Positions 9,901 to 18,946 of a stretch of DNA of 64,000 nt are shown here, piece after piece (position 1 is the first letter of the stretch; each line of letters opens with the position of its first letter). A program made the position numbers and the translations under genes. Under the pieces are notes generated by a model. The model saw only the letters and a list, made by a program, of their open reading frames with translations, was not told the DNA's origin and made no database searches. The stretch comes from an uncultured Spirochaetota bacterium (lineage in GTDB: Bacteria; Spirochaetota; Brevinematia; Brevinematales; JAOACQ01): the NCBI GenBank assembly GCA_963768055.1, contig CAVYGN010000001.1, positions 960,001 through 1,024,000 of the forward strand, written 5' to 3'.

Positions 9901-12660
9901 GTCGGTGATACGGCGTATGTCCTTGTTAAAAATCCCTTCAAATCCGCACATGCCTTGATAACGATGGAGAGGGAAAAGATTTATGAAATCAGACAGGAAG
10001 AAATCACCGACAGCATGGCGATGATCCCTATAAGGATCACAAAAGAAAATATACCGAATATATATGTTTCAGTTATGCTCTTTTCAGGAAGGACCGGGAC
10101 CAACCAGGTTAAAAATGATACGGATTTAGCAAAACCAAGCTACCGCATCGGATATATCGATCTTCCTGTTTATACTGCAGAAAAAAGCCTCAATATTAAA
10201 ATAATCCCGGACAGAGACAATTTCAAGCCGGGAGAAAATGCCGGGATATCTTTCGAAGTAAAAGATTATAAAGGGAATTTAGTACCGGAGGCTGAACTGA
10301 CTATATCTGTTGCCGATAAAGGCGTTTTAAACCTTGTCAATTATAAATTGCCCAACCCCCTGGATAACTTCTACGGCCCGAGAAGGCTTTCTGTTTTTAC
10401 CAGCGAAATGAGGGAATGGATATACGGGCAGCGCTATCTTGCCGAGAAAGGTGAAGTTGTAGGCGGGGATGGTTTCAAGGACGAAAACCTCGGAATGGGA
10501 ATGATAGTGCCCAGGATGAATTTTAAATATACGGCCTTTTATACTAATAAAATCGTTGTCACCGGCGGAAAGACAAACATTGATTTCACCCTTCCGGACA
10601 ATCTGACAACCTGGAAGATAATGGTCGTATCCCAGACCAAGGACTCAAGTTTCGGGTACGGGGAGTCACAGTTCAGTGTAAAGAGGCCCCTGATGATTTT
10701 GTCGACGCTGCCGAGGATGGTCAGGAATCTTGATTATATTGAAGCTGGAGTGATGATCTTTAATTATACTGAAAAAGGGGGGTATGTTACAGTTGCAATA
10801 AGCTGCGACCAGCCGATGAAATTTTTGTTCCCTTTATTGACAAATGTTTACATTGATAAAAATAAGTCGAAAGAAGTCAAGTTCGCTTTTAACGTCCCTG
10901 CAATTCAGGCGGAGGAAGCTAAATTTACCATTTCAGGAAAAGTCAACGGAGCTTCCGACGGAGTTAAGGAAACAGTCTGGATAAGAAATCCCATGATCCT
11001 TGAAACAACGGCGCTTTATGAGAAAACCACAAACAAGGCTGATGAAAAAATATCTATTACCAGCAATGTGATTCCGGAGTTAAGCAGGGTCGAGTTTAAT
11101 CTTTCGCAGACTGCTTTTAATGAACTTTCAGGATGCCTTGATTACCTGGTCGAGTATCCTTACGGCTGCCTTGAACAGAAATCGTCAAGCATTTTACCAT
11201 TGATTCTCGGAGAGGATGTAATTCTTAAGTATGATTTGCTTAAAAATAAAACCGGCAGGGATTTAAGGCAAGTCGTTCAAACGATTTTAGAAGAAATGCC
11301 GAAATACCTGGGGGACGATGGTTTTAAATATTGGACGGACAGCATCAATTCAACCAATCCCTACCTCACTGTTTACGCCGGTTTTGTCCTCTGTATGGCA
11401 AGGTACCATAAATATTCAATACCCGAAGATTTTTATAACAGGGTCCGGGACCTTGTGAAAGATTATGCCGACGGCAGCGGCAAATATGAAAGCTGGTTCG
11501 AAATTTCACCTTATTATCGCGCGCTTGTAAAAAATTACGCATTATTTGTCGCGTCCATGAACGGTTATGAAAATGTCGGGTCGATAAAAAACGCTTACGC
11601 AGAACTGAAGGATAAGCTTAAGGATAACCTGTCCGCGCAGGCATACCTGTTAATAGCAGTGAGTAAATATAAAAATTTCGACGGTAAAGACATTATTATT
11701 AAGGATATATCGGATAGATTGCTGGCCTCGGCCCAGCTTGACACATCTACATGCTATTTTGCCGGATTTGAAAATTGGGACTGGTTTTATTATAACAGGA
11801 CTATTTCGACGGCGATTGTTTTACAGGCCCTGCTGGAAGCCGGGATCAATTTTAAAGATAGTCACAAAGTAATAAGATGGCTGACCCTGGCGCGCAAGCA
11901 GGGGCGATGGGCCACGACGCATGAGAATGCCATGGTTTTCTGGGCATACAATACATACCTCGGGCAGTTTGAAAAAGAAGAACCGAATTTTGAAGCTACC
12001 GGCGATATAAATAAAAAAGAAGTAATCAAAACCCTGTTCGCTTCGAGGAATACACCTGTTTATACGACAAATTATTCCCTTACGGATGAAAAATCGCCAG
12101 AACTCGATATAGAGCTACGGAAAAACGGAACCGGGATCCTTTACTATAACATCCGTTACCAGTATGCCCCTGTCAATCCTGTTTATAAAAGGGAAATGGG
12201 TTTTAGCCTGGAAAAACAAGTCCTCGATTATGAAACCGGCAAAGAGATCACGGACAATAACTATATAAGGGGTAGGAGATATATAATTAAATTGAACGTA
12301 TTTTCTGAAAAAACGCGTAATTTTGTCGTCCTTGACGACCAGCTTCCCGCTGGTTTTGAACCAGTCAATCTTGAGTTTGCAACCGAGCAGGCTGAAACTG
12401 AAGGAACAAAATCCGCGGTTGAAGGCAATGACCGGGGAAACATGTGGTGGTGGGGAATTTTCAACCACCGTGAGCAGTACAGGGACCGGGTTATATTTAC
12501 GGCCGATTATTTAATGGCCGGGAAGCATGAATTGTCTTACGTTGTCCGGGCTGCTACAACCGGAAAATTCAGTCAGCCCCAATTAAAAGTGGAGGAAATG
12601 TACGATCCTGAAACTTTCGGATCGCTGTCGCAGCCGGGTATAACAGTTAAAGAAGAATGA
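6928..12660 (+). CDS. Bacterial alpha-2-macroglobulin (YfhM/YfaS family)
   Basis: 1,910 aa; FTDRFLYKPGE (MG2), LPDNLTTW, thioester motif YPYGCLEQ, C-terminal VEEMYDPE; next to pbpC. Confidence 0.93.
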   Translation: MFIFKRALIFSLAALVFSSIYPLEKVKVIYLQKLDSGSDFSEGGFYRRGNLYGEGGQLTISFDKPVFKLSDIDAMKSEIQKKIKLKITPEIKGEFRPIGTQQAAFVFRQKLKPSTRYVVEINVEEIKSIDGGNVTVLINHIKLENGQFEFMTEKLRVLNLRTGENLDDPIFVFFSWPVDPNNLKKELKITEGSVLNIEYSIFSVINTNYIESNGLTYGYIYKNPRAFEILTAKRKPGSQYSISISQDLHPIDGELGMDREYEYSFNTYSPLKYIDISTGEYDFINQSKTFHQDSEIYFRFNNELDQRVNLKNSITVDPPVKHLNYQYSGKSIIVTADFTGGQNYHIKIIPQVKDKYGQLINGPVEADIPIEHSYSILGIPTGYMVMENYIPMILPLKIRNIDKVDFYYTICRTKEDIVNYISRPPSEDEFMKSAKLKQIKVKETWDVFFNYRLDLARLIPVKPPFMVYMAEADKKVSENNQDRIKRAGIILFTDMGLTVKSGPYQTLVYLRSLKSNQPVSGANVYEILFDKQNNPDIKLKGRTDSKGVCTFQGEFPMPFIMVEKDNKYCINYGNNKYSNDYEYYDNSDYGMDYNSLFYNKISQKSIINSGDYRSYNMQNAMIFTDRFLYKPGETINVKGIIRYRWEDRWNTTEQEGSSQPIEFKVYNSRDEEITNTAVQPDAWGSFHFKINLKDSDPTGYYRISSTNYIECSFSVQDFKPAKAEMRIIPKKTEYAWGDNFEADLIPWYLFGAPVIKPVVYDVSVQPIEFISSKYPDYQFSRPAEDQGQERRDYSFTLMSGTDLPDSSGKLSITKLIKNDIFFGDAGIIISANTELDDKSRIYGNRADITVFNPVHVGIRVNPYFVNANKEFKIDLIAVDNNDNPVKNQDVKMEIDKVDWKSYQKVGVNGRLEWYSENTKTRVKSADLQIGKEEYPLTINEPGFYEVKVTSKIRSHDMVSHGSFYVLGPGWVGWSMDNSYTISLDSDKKAYRVGDTAYVLVKNPFKSAHALITMEREKIYEIRQEEITDSMAMIPIRITKENIPNIYVSVMLFSGRTGTNQVKNDTDLAKPSYRIGYIDLPVYTAEKSLNIKIIPDRDNFKPGENAGISFEVKDYKGNLVPEAELTISVADKGVLNLVNYKLPNPLDNFYGPRRLSVFTSEMREWIYGQRYLAEKGEVVGGDGFKDENLGMGMIVPRMNFKYTAFYTNKIVVTGGKTNIDFTLPDNLTTWKIMVVSQTKDSSFGYGESQFSVKRPLMILSTLPRMVRNLDYIEAGVMIFNYTEKGGYVTVAISCDQPMKFLFPLLTNVYIDKNKSKEVKFAFNVPAIQAEEAKFTISGKVNGASDGVKETVWIRNPMILETTALYEKTTNKADEKISITSNVIPELSRVEFNLSQTAFNELSGCLDYLVEYPYGCLEQKSSSILPLILGEDVILKYDLLKNKTGRDLRQVVQTILEEMPKYLGDDGFKYWTDSINSTNPYLTVYAGFVLCMARYHKYSIPEDFYNRVRDLVKDYADGSGKYESWFEISPYYRALVKNYALFVASMNGYENVGSIKNAYAELKDKLKDNLSAQAYLLIAVSKYKNFDGKDIIIKDISDRLLASAQLDTSTCYFAGFENWDWFYYNRTISTAIVLQALLEAGINFKDSHKVIRWLTLARKQGRWATTHENAMVFWAYNTYLGQFEKEEPNFEATGDINKKEVIKTLFASRNTPVYTTNYSLTDEKSPELDIELRKNGTGILYYNIRYQYAPVNPVYKREMGFSLEKQVLDYETGKEITDNNYIRGRRYIIKLNVFSEKTRNFVVLDDQLPAGFEPVNLEFATEQAETEGTKSAVEGNDRGNMWWWGIFNHREQYRDRVIFTADYLMAGKHELSYVVRAATTGKFSQPQLKVEEMYDPETFGSLSQPGITVKEE

Positions 12661-12667
12661 CTGATAT

Positions 12668-12712
12668 GGTATCTGGGCGGTACCGGGATCGAACCAGTGC
12701 CTGCGGCCCTGC
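12668..12712 (-). repeat. Copy A of the tRNA-Val(GAC) 3' half (att-like)
   Basis: ggtatctgggcggtaccgggatcgaaccagtgcctgcggccctgc matches 18941-18981 apart from the altered variable loop and one substitution. Confidence 0.85.
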
Positions 12713-12827
12713 TTGTGAACTCGTTAGCTGTACTCCGGAAAAAATAAAGAAAATTCTAATGGACCATCAAGTGTTTTGCATATATATTTATTTCTCAATA
12801 TAATATTGGTCATAAGGCGGTGAAGCT

Positions 12828-13535
12828 GTGAAAAGAATATATTTCCCCATGTTAATCGCTCTTTGGGTTTTAATCGATTCCTGTTCCGGCTCTCCGGGTC
12901 CTTCTTCCGGCGGCTCCGGCAGCGGAGGTTCTCCAAGTTCTATAGTAATTTCCGCAAATGGAACGGGAAACAATGGCGGCTACTACTATTCATACTGGAG
13001 CAATGGCCAAGGGACGGTGAAAATGACTTTGGGCTCCGGCGGGGAGTACAGTGTTGACTGGCAAAATTGCGGGGATTTCACCTGCGGTAAAGGCTGGTCT
13101 ACCGGGAGTGCTCAGAGTATAACCTACAATGCCGCTGCCTGGTCGCCGTCCGGAAACGCTTATCTGGCTGTCTACGGTTGGACGACAAGCCCGCTAATAG
13201 AATATTACATTGTTGATAGCTGGGGCAGTTGGAGGCCTGCCTACGTTCATGTGGGAACAGTTGTTTCTGATGGGGGTACATACGATATATATACGAATGT
13301 GCAGGTAAACCAGCCTTCCATTGTCGGCAATGCGACTTTTACGCAGTGGTGGAGCGTCCGGCAGTCGGCGAGAACAACCGGGGGCGACAACACCATAACT
13401 ACTGCCAACCACTTTAACGCGTGGAAGAGCCTCGGAGCGACTCTGGGTACTTTCAATTACCAGATAGTGCTTGTAGAGGGATATGAAAGCAGCGGGTTTG
13501 CCGACATCACGGTAGGCGGCACCGGTACGAATTGA
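12828..13535 (+). CDS. Endo-1,4-beta-xylanase, GH11, probable lipoprotein
   Basis: [38 protein letters not shown] and VEGYESSG are present, including both catalytic Glu. N-terminal hydrophobic stretch plus Cys, then a Ser/Gly linker. Confidence 0.93.
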   Translation: MKRIYFPMLIALWVLIDSCSGSPGPSSGGSGSGGSPSSIVISANGTGNNGGYYYSYWSNGQGTVKMTLGSGGEYSVDWQNCGDFTCGKGWSTGSAQSITYNAAAWSPSGNAYLAVYGWTTSPLIEYYIVDSWGSWRPAYVHVGTVVSDGGTYDIYTNVQVNQPSIVGNATFTQWWSVRQSARTTGGDNTITTANHFNAWKSLGATLGTFNYQIVLVEGYESSGFADITVGGTGTN

Positions 13536-13665
13536 CAATCGTAGCGTAAACGCCATCGGCACTGTCTATCATTTTAAATGGCTCGTTTGCCCTTGAAATA
13601 GTAAAAAATAAAACCTGCAGGTAAAGATAAAAGTCATATCATGTTCTTTGAGGTGAAGGGACTGA

Positions 13666-14370
13666 TCACATTCGGTGAGATTCAGTAATACGATCATTCC
13701 CGTCATTGACTTTTACGCCCATAATTAAAAGCCACAAAGTAAGTGAAAATTCCGCAATCGCACTAACCACCCAGCATGGGTAAGATATTACTTCGTAGCG
13801 CGGAAAAAGGAAAAACTGAAGAAACCATATAAGAACGGCAAAACAATCGATTATCAGCAATATGCCCAAAATTCCGGGAAGGAAGCCCGACTTGAAAACC
13901 AAATAACCGAGAGGAAAAAGCCAGGCGCCATAAAATATCTGGGCGATAATAAATCCATTTTTGTACAAATTAATAGATAACATCGCTTGCGCCTGTAACT
14001 GAGCTGCCTGGAATACCTTCAGGTAATCGGCGCCGTTTAAAAGCAGAAGACCAGCAAATAGATTAAGCATACTTAAACACTGTATTGCGACACCGACCAA
14101 GTTTAGCAAAACGAACAGTAAAGCGAGATTTTTATTAACAGATTTTAATAACACGTATAAAGCCCAGGCAGCCAAAAGGAAAAAAACAGCCGAGAGAAGA
14201 CCGGTTATAAAACCGATACGGAATAGCAATTCATGAGTCATTATGTTATTGACTACTATTGCGGCATCTCCAAATGAAAAGCGGCCGAATACATCTGCAA
14301 AGATCGAAGTAACAATGAACATAAGATAAAAGAACCCTGCGATTCTCGCGGTTTTTTTCTTAGAATTCAT
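13666..14370 (-). CDS. DUF4386 family membrane protein
   Basis: ARIAGFFYL...GYLVFKSGFLPGILGILL...AEFSLTLWLLIMG pattern with multiple TM helices. Confidence 0.8.
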   Translation of the reverse strand: MNSKKKTARIAGFFYLMFIVTSIFADVFGRFSFGDAAIVVNNIMTHELLFRIGFITGLLSAVFFLLAAWALYVLLKSVNKNLALLFVLLNLVGVAIQCLSMLNLFAGLLLLNGADYLKVFQAAQLQAQAMLSINLYKNGFIIAQIFYGAWLFPLGYLVFKSGFLPGILGILLIIDCFAVLIWFLQFFLFPRYEVISYPCWVVSAIAEFSLTLWLLIMGVKVNDGNDRITESHRM

Positions 14371-14530
14371 TTTCTATCCTCCTTTTTTGATATAAACCGA
14401 GATTTCCCAAATGGCTCATCTTTTTTACCATTCTCGAAAGCTCTTTCAATTCCATAAAAATTATATAAAGACCAAAACATCATGTCAACCGGGCGAATTG
14501 CTTTATAATAAATCAAAATCGAAACGGAAG

Positions 14531-14806
14531 GATTATCATCGCATTATCATCAATGATGGAATCGACGGAGAAAAGACCTTTAATTGTCACACTTAATAAT
14601 CCGTGAAATCCTCCAAAATTATCCCGCAGTCAATGCTTGAGAAAAGTGACTATTGATATGATATTATGAAAAGTTACGATTTTACAGCTGCTGCAGCCCG
14701 GACAAATCAGTGTCAATCCGCGGAATCGGTGGTTTCAACCCCGGTGTTCCCGGGATATGTGGGCGGTACTGGGATCGAACCGGTGCCTGCGGCCCTGCGT
14801 GTCGAG
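14531..14806 (-). repeat. Copy B (~275 bp): tRNA-Val(GAC) 3' half plus ~230 bp of its downstream flank
   Basis: Near-identical direct repeat of 18716-18989. Identity stops at the 5' edge of the anticodon loop (...gtgtcgag|). Confidence 0.92.
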
Positions 14807-14857
14807 TTTCTTGCATCGGAAGCAATTAAATTGCCTTCGAAAAATACCTGAAAATAG

Positions 14858-14887
14858 TGGTACAATAATGGTACAAGTTTGGTACAA
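14858..14887 (+). repeat. Three TGGTACAA direct repeats at an 11-bp period
   Basis: TGGTACAA at 14858, 14869 and 14880, about 50 bp beyond the end of copy B. Confidence 0.8.
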
Positions 14888-14994
14888 CTCGAAATTAATT
14901 ATAATCATGATAATTAATATTTTAAAAAATCAAACCTTATCAGCTTGTTTTATTTCATAGGTATAATTACAATAATTAATAAAAAAGGAAAATT

Positions 14995-15261
14995 ATGCCT
15001 ACAATATCGATGTTTTTTGGAATTATAATTCGCATGTATCTTGGTAAAAAGGAGCATAATCCGCCTCATTTTCATGCGTATTATCAGGAATTTAAAGGTA
15101 CATTTGATATAGAAAAATGTTCATTAATTGATGGAAATATCCCGGTTAAACAAAAAAAGTTAATAGAAGCCTGGGCTGAACTTCATAAAGAAGAACTTCT
15201 TGCAGACTGGAACTTAGCTGTCAATAACGAATTACCTTATAAAATAGAACCGCTTAAATAG
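14995..15261 (+). CDS. DUF4160 family protein (putative toxin of a type II TA pair)
   Basis: MPTISMFFGIIIRMY...HNPPHFHA...IEAWAELHKEELLADW...KIEPL signature. Confidence 0.9.
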   Translation: MPTISMFFGIIIRMYLGKKEHNPPHFHAYYQEFKGTFDIEKCSLIDGNIPVKQKKLIEAWAELHKEELLADWNLAVNNELPYKIEPLK

Positions 15262-15272
15262 AGGGGTGTAAT

Positions 15273-15527
15273 ATGTACATTGGGATAAAAGCAGTTCAAC
15301 CAGTTGAAAACCATCATTTGCTAATAACTTTTGATAATGGAGAAGAAAAGATTTTTGATATGAATGAATATCTGGATAAAGGAATATTTGCCGAATTAAA
15401 GAATGAAAATTTATTCAGAACAGTTCATGTTATTTTTGATACAATAGAATGGGAAAATGGAGCGGACTTAGACCCCGAATTAATTTATCAGGAAAGTAAG
15501 AAATTAGTAGATGCCTTGACTCAATAG
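15273..15527 (+). CDS. DUF2442 family protein (putative antitoxin partner)
   Basis: LLITFDNGEEKIFD...TIEWENGADLDPE signature; tandem with the DUF4160 gene. Confidence 0.88.
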   Translation: MYIGIKAVQPVENHHLLITFDNGEEKIFDMNEYLDKGIFAELKNENLFRTVHVIFDTIEWENGADLDPELIYQESKKLVDALTQ

Positions 15528-15804
15528 TAATTCATTAATTACAGAAATTTAATTATTATCTGATCGCAAGCGATGATCTCCTGGCGAGTTACGCGCTTGT
15601 TGCGAAATTTCGCCTTGATGAACTGCGAGAACTCGGCTTTCAGGATGCCATATAAGACTTTGTACTTTTTATTCCCGGTAATTTATCACATATTACTTTT
15701 GCAACGCCGACTATTTGTTGAATTTCATCGAAATACTGATTCATGATTCTGACGCTTTTACCACAGAAATAACGACAGGAAAACCGAACCACGGTGAAAA
15801 GTGG

Positions 15805-15928
15805 ACCGCTGCTGCAGCCCGGGCAAATCTGTGTCAATCTGCGGAATCTGTGGTTTCAACCCCGGTGTTCCCGGGGTATCTGGGCGGTACTGGGATCGAA
15901 CCAGTGCCTGCGGCCCTGCGTGTCGAGC
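15805..15928 (-). repeat. Copy C (~124 bp): tRNA-Val(GAC) 3' half plus downstream flank
   Basis: Matches 18871-18990 except for the variable-loop variant; ends at the anticodon arm. Confidence 0.92.
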
Positions 15929-16076
15929 TATCCGCCCCGGCTTTAATAAGCGGATTAGCGCACTCTTTATTGCCGTATTCCATGGCCCAGATAAAAGCGG
16001 TGTTTCCGTTAAAATCACTTGCATTTATATTACCGCCGCTTTTCAGATGCGAGCTTATAAAGTTGCTGTCATTGAG
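15929..16076 (-). pseudogene. Ankyrin-repeat fragment without a start codon
   Basis: Manual translation gives LNDSNFISSHLKSGGNINASDFNGNTAFIWAMEYGNKECANPLIKAGAD, an ankyrin consensus (G.NINA.D..G.TA...A...G...C...LI.AGAD). It ends at the junction with repeat copy C. Confidence 0.7.
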
Positions 16077-16232
16077 TCTTCGGTATTTCCGGTAGTGAAA
16101 ACTCCCGGTGATGCGGTCATTCCTTTCCAGATCCGGTTGATAAAAACCGCACCGATTAAGGCTTTCCCTCCAAAAGATTTTAGAGCATTTTACCCGGATG
16201 TGTTGGACGTCTCTTAGTGATAGTCTTCGTAA

Positions 16233-17570
16233 TCAATTGATGCTGACGGTTATATAAACGCTGCCTATACTTGCAGAACTAGAGCCCAATGGTTTTGCTA
16301 TAAAAATCAAAAAATCGTCTTTCTTCAATTTAACGGTTATGGATTGGTTTTTAGACTTTTTTTCAGCCATTTCAGGTGTAGATTCTCCCAAATCGTTGCC
16401 CAGTTGATAATCATAGAATATCGGGATATCCACATTCCAGAAAGCATTCCGATTGGTATAAACCAGGATTTTAGTCCGATAATTTTGTGCGCTGATGTCA
16501 TGGTATGCGCCTCTATTAAATTCAAATTTATAAATGCCGGCTACTTTTGCAATGTATTCTGTCCCTTTTTTATTGGCTGATAAAATCTCGATTTCTTCAT
16601 TTTGATTATTTTCCCCTTTCGCAGATACGGAGTTTTTAAAAACCACAGCCTTTGTCTGCCCTTCCGATATAGTTATATTAGTGAATGACAATGATTCATC
16701 TCCCTTCCTTAATTCTATCCTGTTCCCTTTTCCGGCTTCGATACCCGGGATTATAAGCTCGCCGGAATCGTCAGTTTTGCCGGTCTTTTTCCCGTTAAGA
16801 TAAACGTCGATGCCGCCCTCCATCGTCTCTACCATCAATTCCCCGGATGGGTTGTATACAAGCTCGTTCGTTTTTCCGCTCTCGATCTGCACTATCTTCC
16901 TGAGGGCTTCCACGTCTGAATTCTCCTGCTTCAGGCTTATATCGATAGATTGGCCGGCTATGAACTTGTCGAAGTAACCGTCCAGGCTGTCTACAGCCTT
17001 TACGAAGGAGTCGTTTATGAAAATCCTGTACTTTACGTTTTTCGGCTTTACTGCAAGCCTTAAATATCCGAGCGAAATGGCCTTTCCGACTAAAAGGCCG
17101 GAAACGTCGAGTATCATTTTATCGACGGTATCGAAAATTTCAAGGCCCGCGTCCCCCTTGTAAGTCCTTGTAAACAATACCTGGCCGTTGACAACGTTAT
17201 AAACGAAAACGTTTATTGTTATAATCCCTGTTTTGTCATTAAGTGTATAATCACCGGTGATAACCTGTTCAGTTGAAAAATGCTGGGCGATATTGATAGC
17301 CCTGCTTCCTTCAAGCTCCTTAAGGCTCCAGAAATTTGTGCCCCCTGCTATTTCTTCCACATCCTTATAAGGAGTAATGTTTTTAGATATCTTTGAGAGA
17401 AAGGTGGATAATGATTTTGTCATGAGTATGTTTATGTTGTCCTGGTTCGATTTTCCCCTGTTTATGAATCCGGCGACAGTCGCGGATTTCATCTCAAGCT
17501 GCTGGGGACGCATAAAACCGGCACATATGAATAGTATTATTAAGACGGTCAGTATCTTTTTAATTGCCAT
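16233..17570 (-). CDS. Secreted protein with TolB-N/CsgG-like N-terminal domain and PEGA-like beta repeats
   Basis: Signal peptide; VITGDYT...ITINVFVYNVVNG; GELMVET..GIDVYLNGKKTGKT (PEGA-like). Confidence 0.6.
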   Translation of the reverse strand: MAIKKILTVLIILFICAGFMRPQQLEMKSATVAGFINRGKSNQDNINILMTKSLSTFLSKISKNITPYKDVEEIAGGTNFWSLKELEGSRAINIAQHFSTEQVITGDYTLNDKTGIITINVFVYNVVNGQVLFTRTYKGDAGLEIFDTVDKMILDVSGLLVGKAISLGYLRLAVKPKNVKYRIFINDSFVKAVDSLDGYFDKFIAGQSIDISLKQENSDVEALRKIVQIESGKTNELVYNPSGELMVETMEGGIDVYLNGKKTGKTDDSGELIIPGIEAGKGNRIELRKGDESLSFTNITISEGQTKAVVFKNSVSAKGENNQNEEIEILSANKKGTEYIAKVAGIYKFEFNRGAYHDISAQNYRTKILVYTNRNAFWNVDIPIFYDYQLGNDLGESTPEMAEKKSKNQSITVKLKKDDFLIFIAKPLGSSSASIGSVYITVSIN

Positions 17571-17798
17571 AAACCCTTCTTTAAAATATTTTATTCAGGA
17601 TTTCTCATTTAGCATATTGTAATTCCAAAAATCCGAGTCCCAATGCATTTTACCAATATTTTATCAACCTTATCAGGGCATGTCAACATAATTTAAGTCT
17701 CTTTCCAGTCTAAGACGGACTGATAAACAGTAAAATTCATTCTTTTCATAAAATTCGACAACAGGTTACCCATTGTTTTTTTTATTACATTCAAATCC

Positions 17799-18527
17799 TT
17801 ACACAGCTTCCAATGCCAAATCCCGAAGCCGGTCTATCTTTTCGAGTATTACTTCAAACATTTTCTTCGGAACAGCAACTTCAGCCATCTGGAATTGTAT
17901 ACCGAGCATGGCTTATCACCTTTGCACCGATCTTGACCAGCTTATCACGGAGCGTTGTCAATGACCAATGCCGAATAGACATTTGCAAAGCAACTCGCCG
18001 AAGAAAGTTCCCAAGGTTATATGCAAGAGCGAACAACTGCAATCTCACCTGATTGTCAGCAAAGTCGTGGCATGACAGTTTCGTCCATTTGATAGCGTTC
18101 TCGCCTTGCTTGATCCACTGCTCCGCTGTTCCTCTCATGTTGAAGAACCTGACTACCTTTTTCAGCTGCCATCGGAGGTTGTTTACGATAAAGCCGACGC
18201 GAGGGAACAATTCTCAACGATGCCATTCAACCTTCGCGATCACACGGCGTCCATGTTCCCAGCTAACTGCCTTGTAGAAGAAGCAGGAAGCCGAATCGTG
18301 TAAAGAAAATCCTTTGATTCGAGGTATTCATAAATATCCGGATTCGCGAAAGCGGCATCACCCCTGAAGTAGCGATCCCGCTTCAAGGTCGCCGGACTGG
18401 TTGAAGCAGCCTTACATTCCATAGCACGACCGCCGACAACTCGCCGCATTGCCGGATCAATATACAACCTGTCGGCATTGTTTGTGTCTTCATATCCAGC
18501 AATCCTTGAGAAAACAGACTGTCGGAG
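17799..18527 (-). pseudogene. Degraded IS1380-family transposase
   Basis: Fragments in several frames: LRQSVFSRIAGYEDTN, RGDAAFANPDIYEYLE, FPRVGFIV, RGTAEQWIK, NQVRLQLFALAYNLGNFLR, FQMAEVAVP. Internal deletions and frameshifts. Confidence 0.88.
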
Positions 18528-18946
18528 TTGAGCCCCAAGGGAATGGCGTGTTTTTACCAGGGCGGCTATCAGAATGACAGCATTCTGAAATTTTTGTTAG
18601 TCCTAAAGCATAGTCAAGTTCTCGGTATGCAAGCAATTCATACCTCAAGCTTGGAAAAAGCATGCATCCCGGGTGAAATTCATCGAATATGTTTCATGGA
18701 GTTTTTCAATAACATGATTATCATCGCATTATCATCAATGATGGAATCGACGGAGAAAAGACCTTTAATTGTCACACTTAATAATCCGTGGAATCCTTTC
18801 AAAATTATCCTTCAGTCAATGCTTGAGAAAAGTGACTATTGATATGATATTGTGAAAAGTTACGATGATTACCGCTGCTGCAGCCCGGGCAAATCTGTGT
18901 CAATCTGCGGAATCTGTGGTTTCAACCCCGGTGTTCCCGGGGTATC

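Noticed and set aside
15555..15760. GC-richer patch after the TA pair as an attC site or gene
   Set aside because: No convincing attC boxes; it yields only short fragments (…LDELRELGFQDAI*) that I cannot assign.
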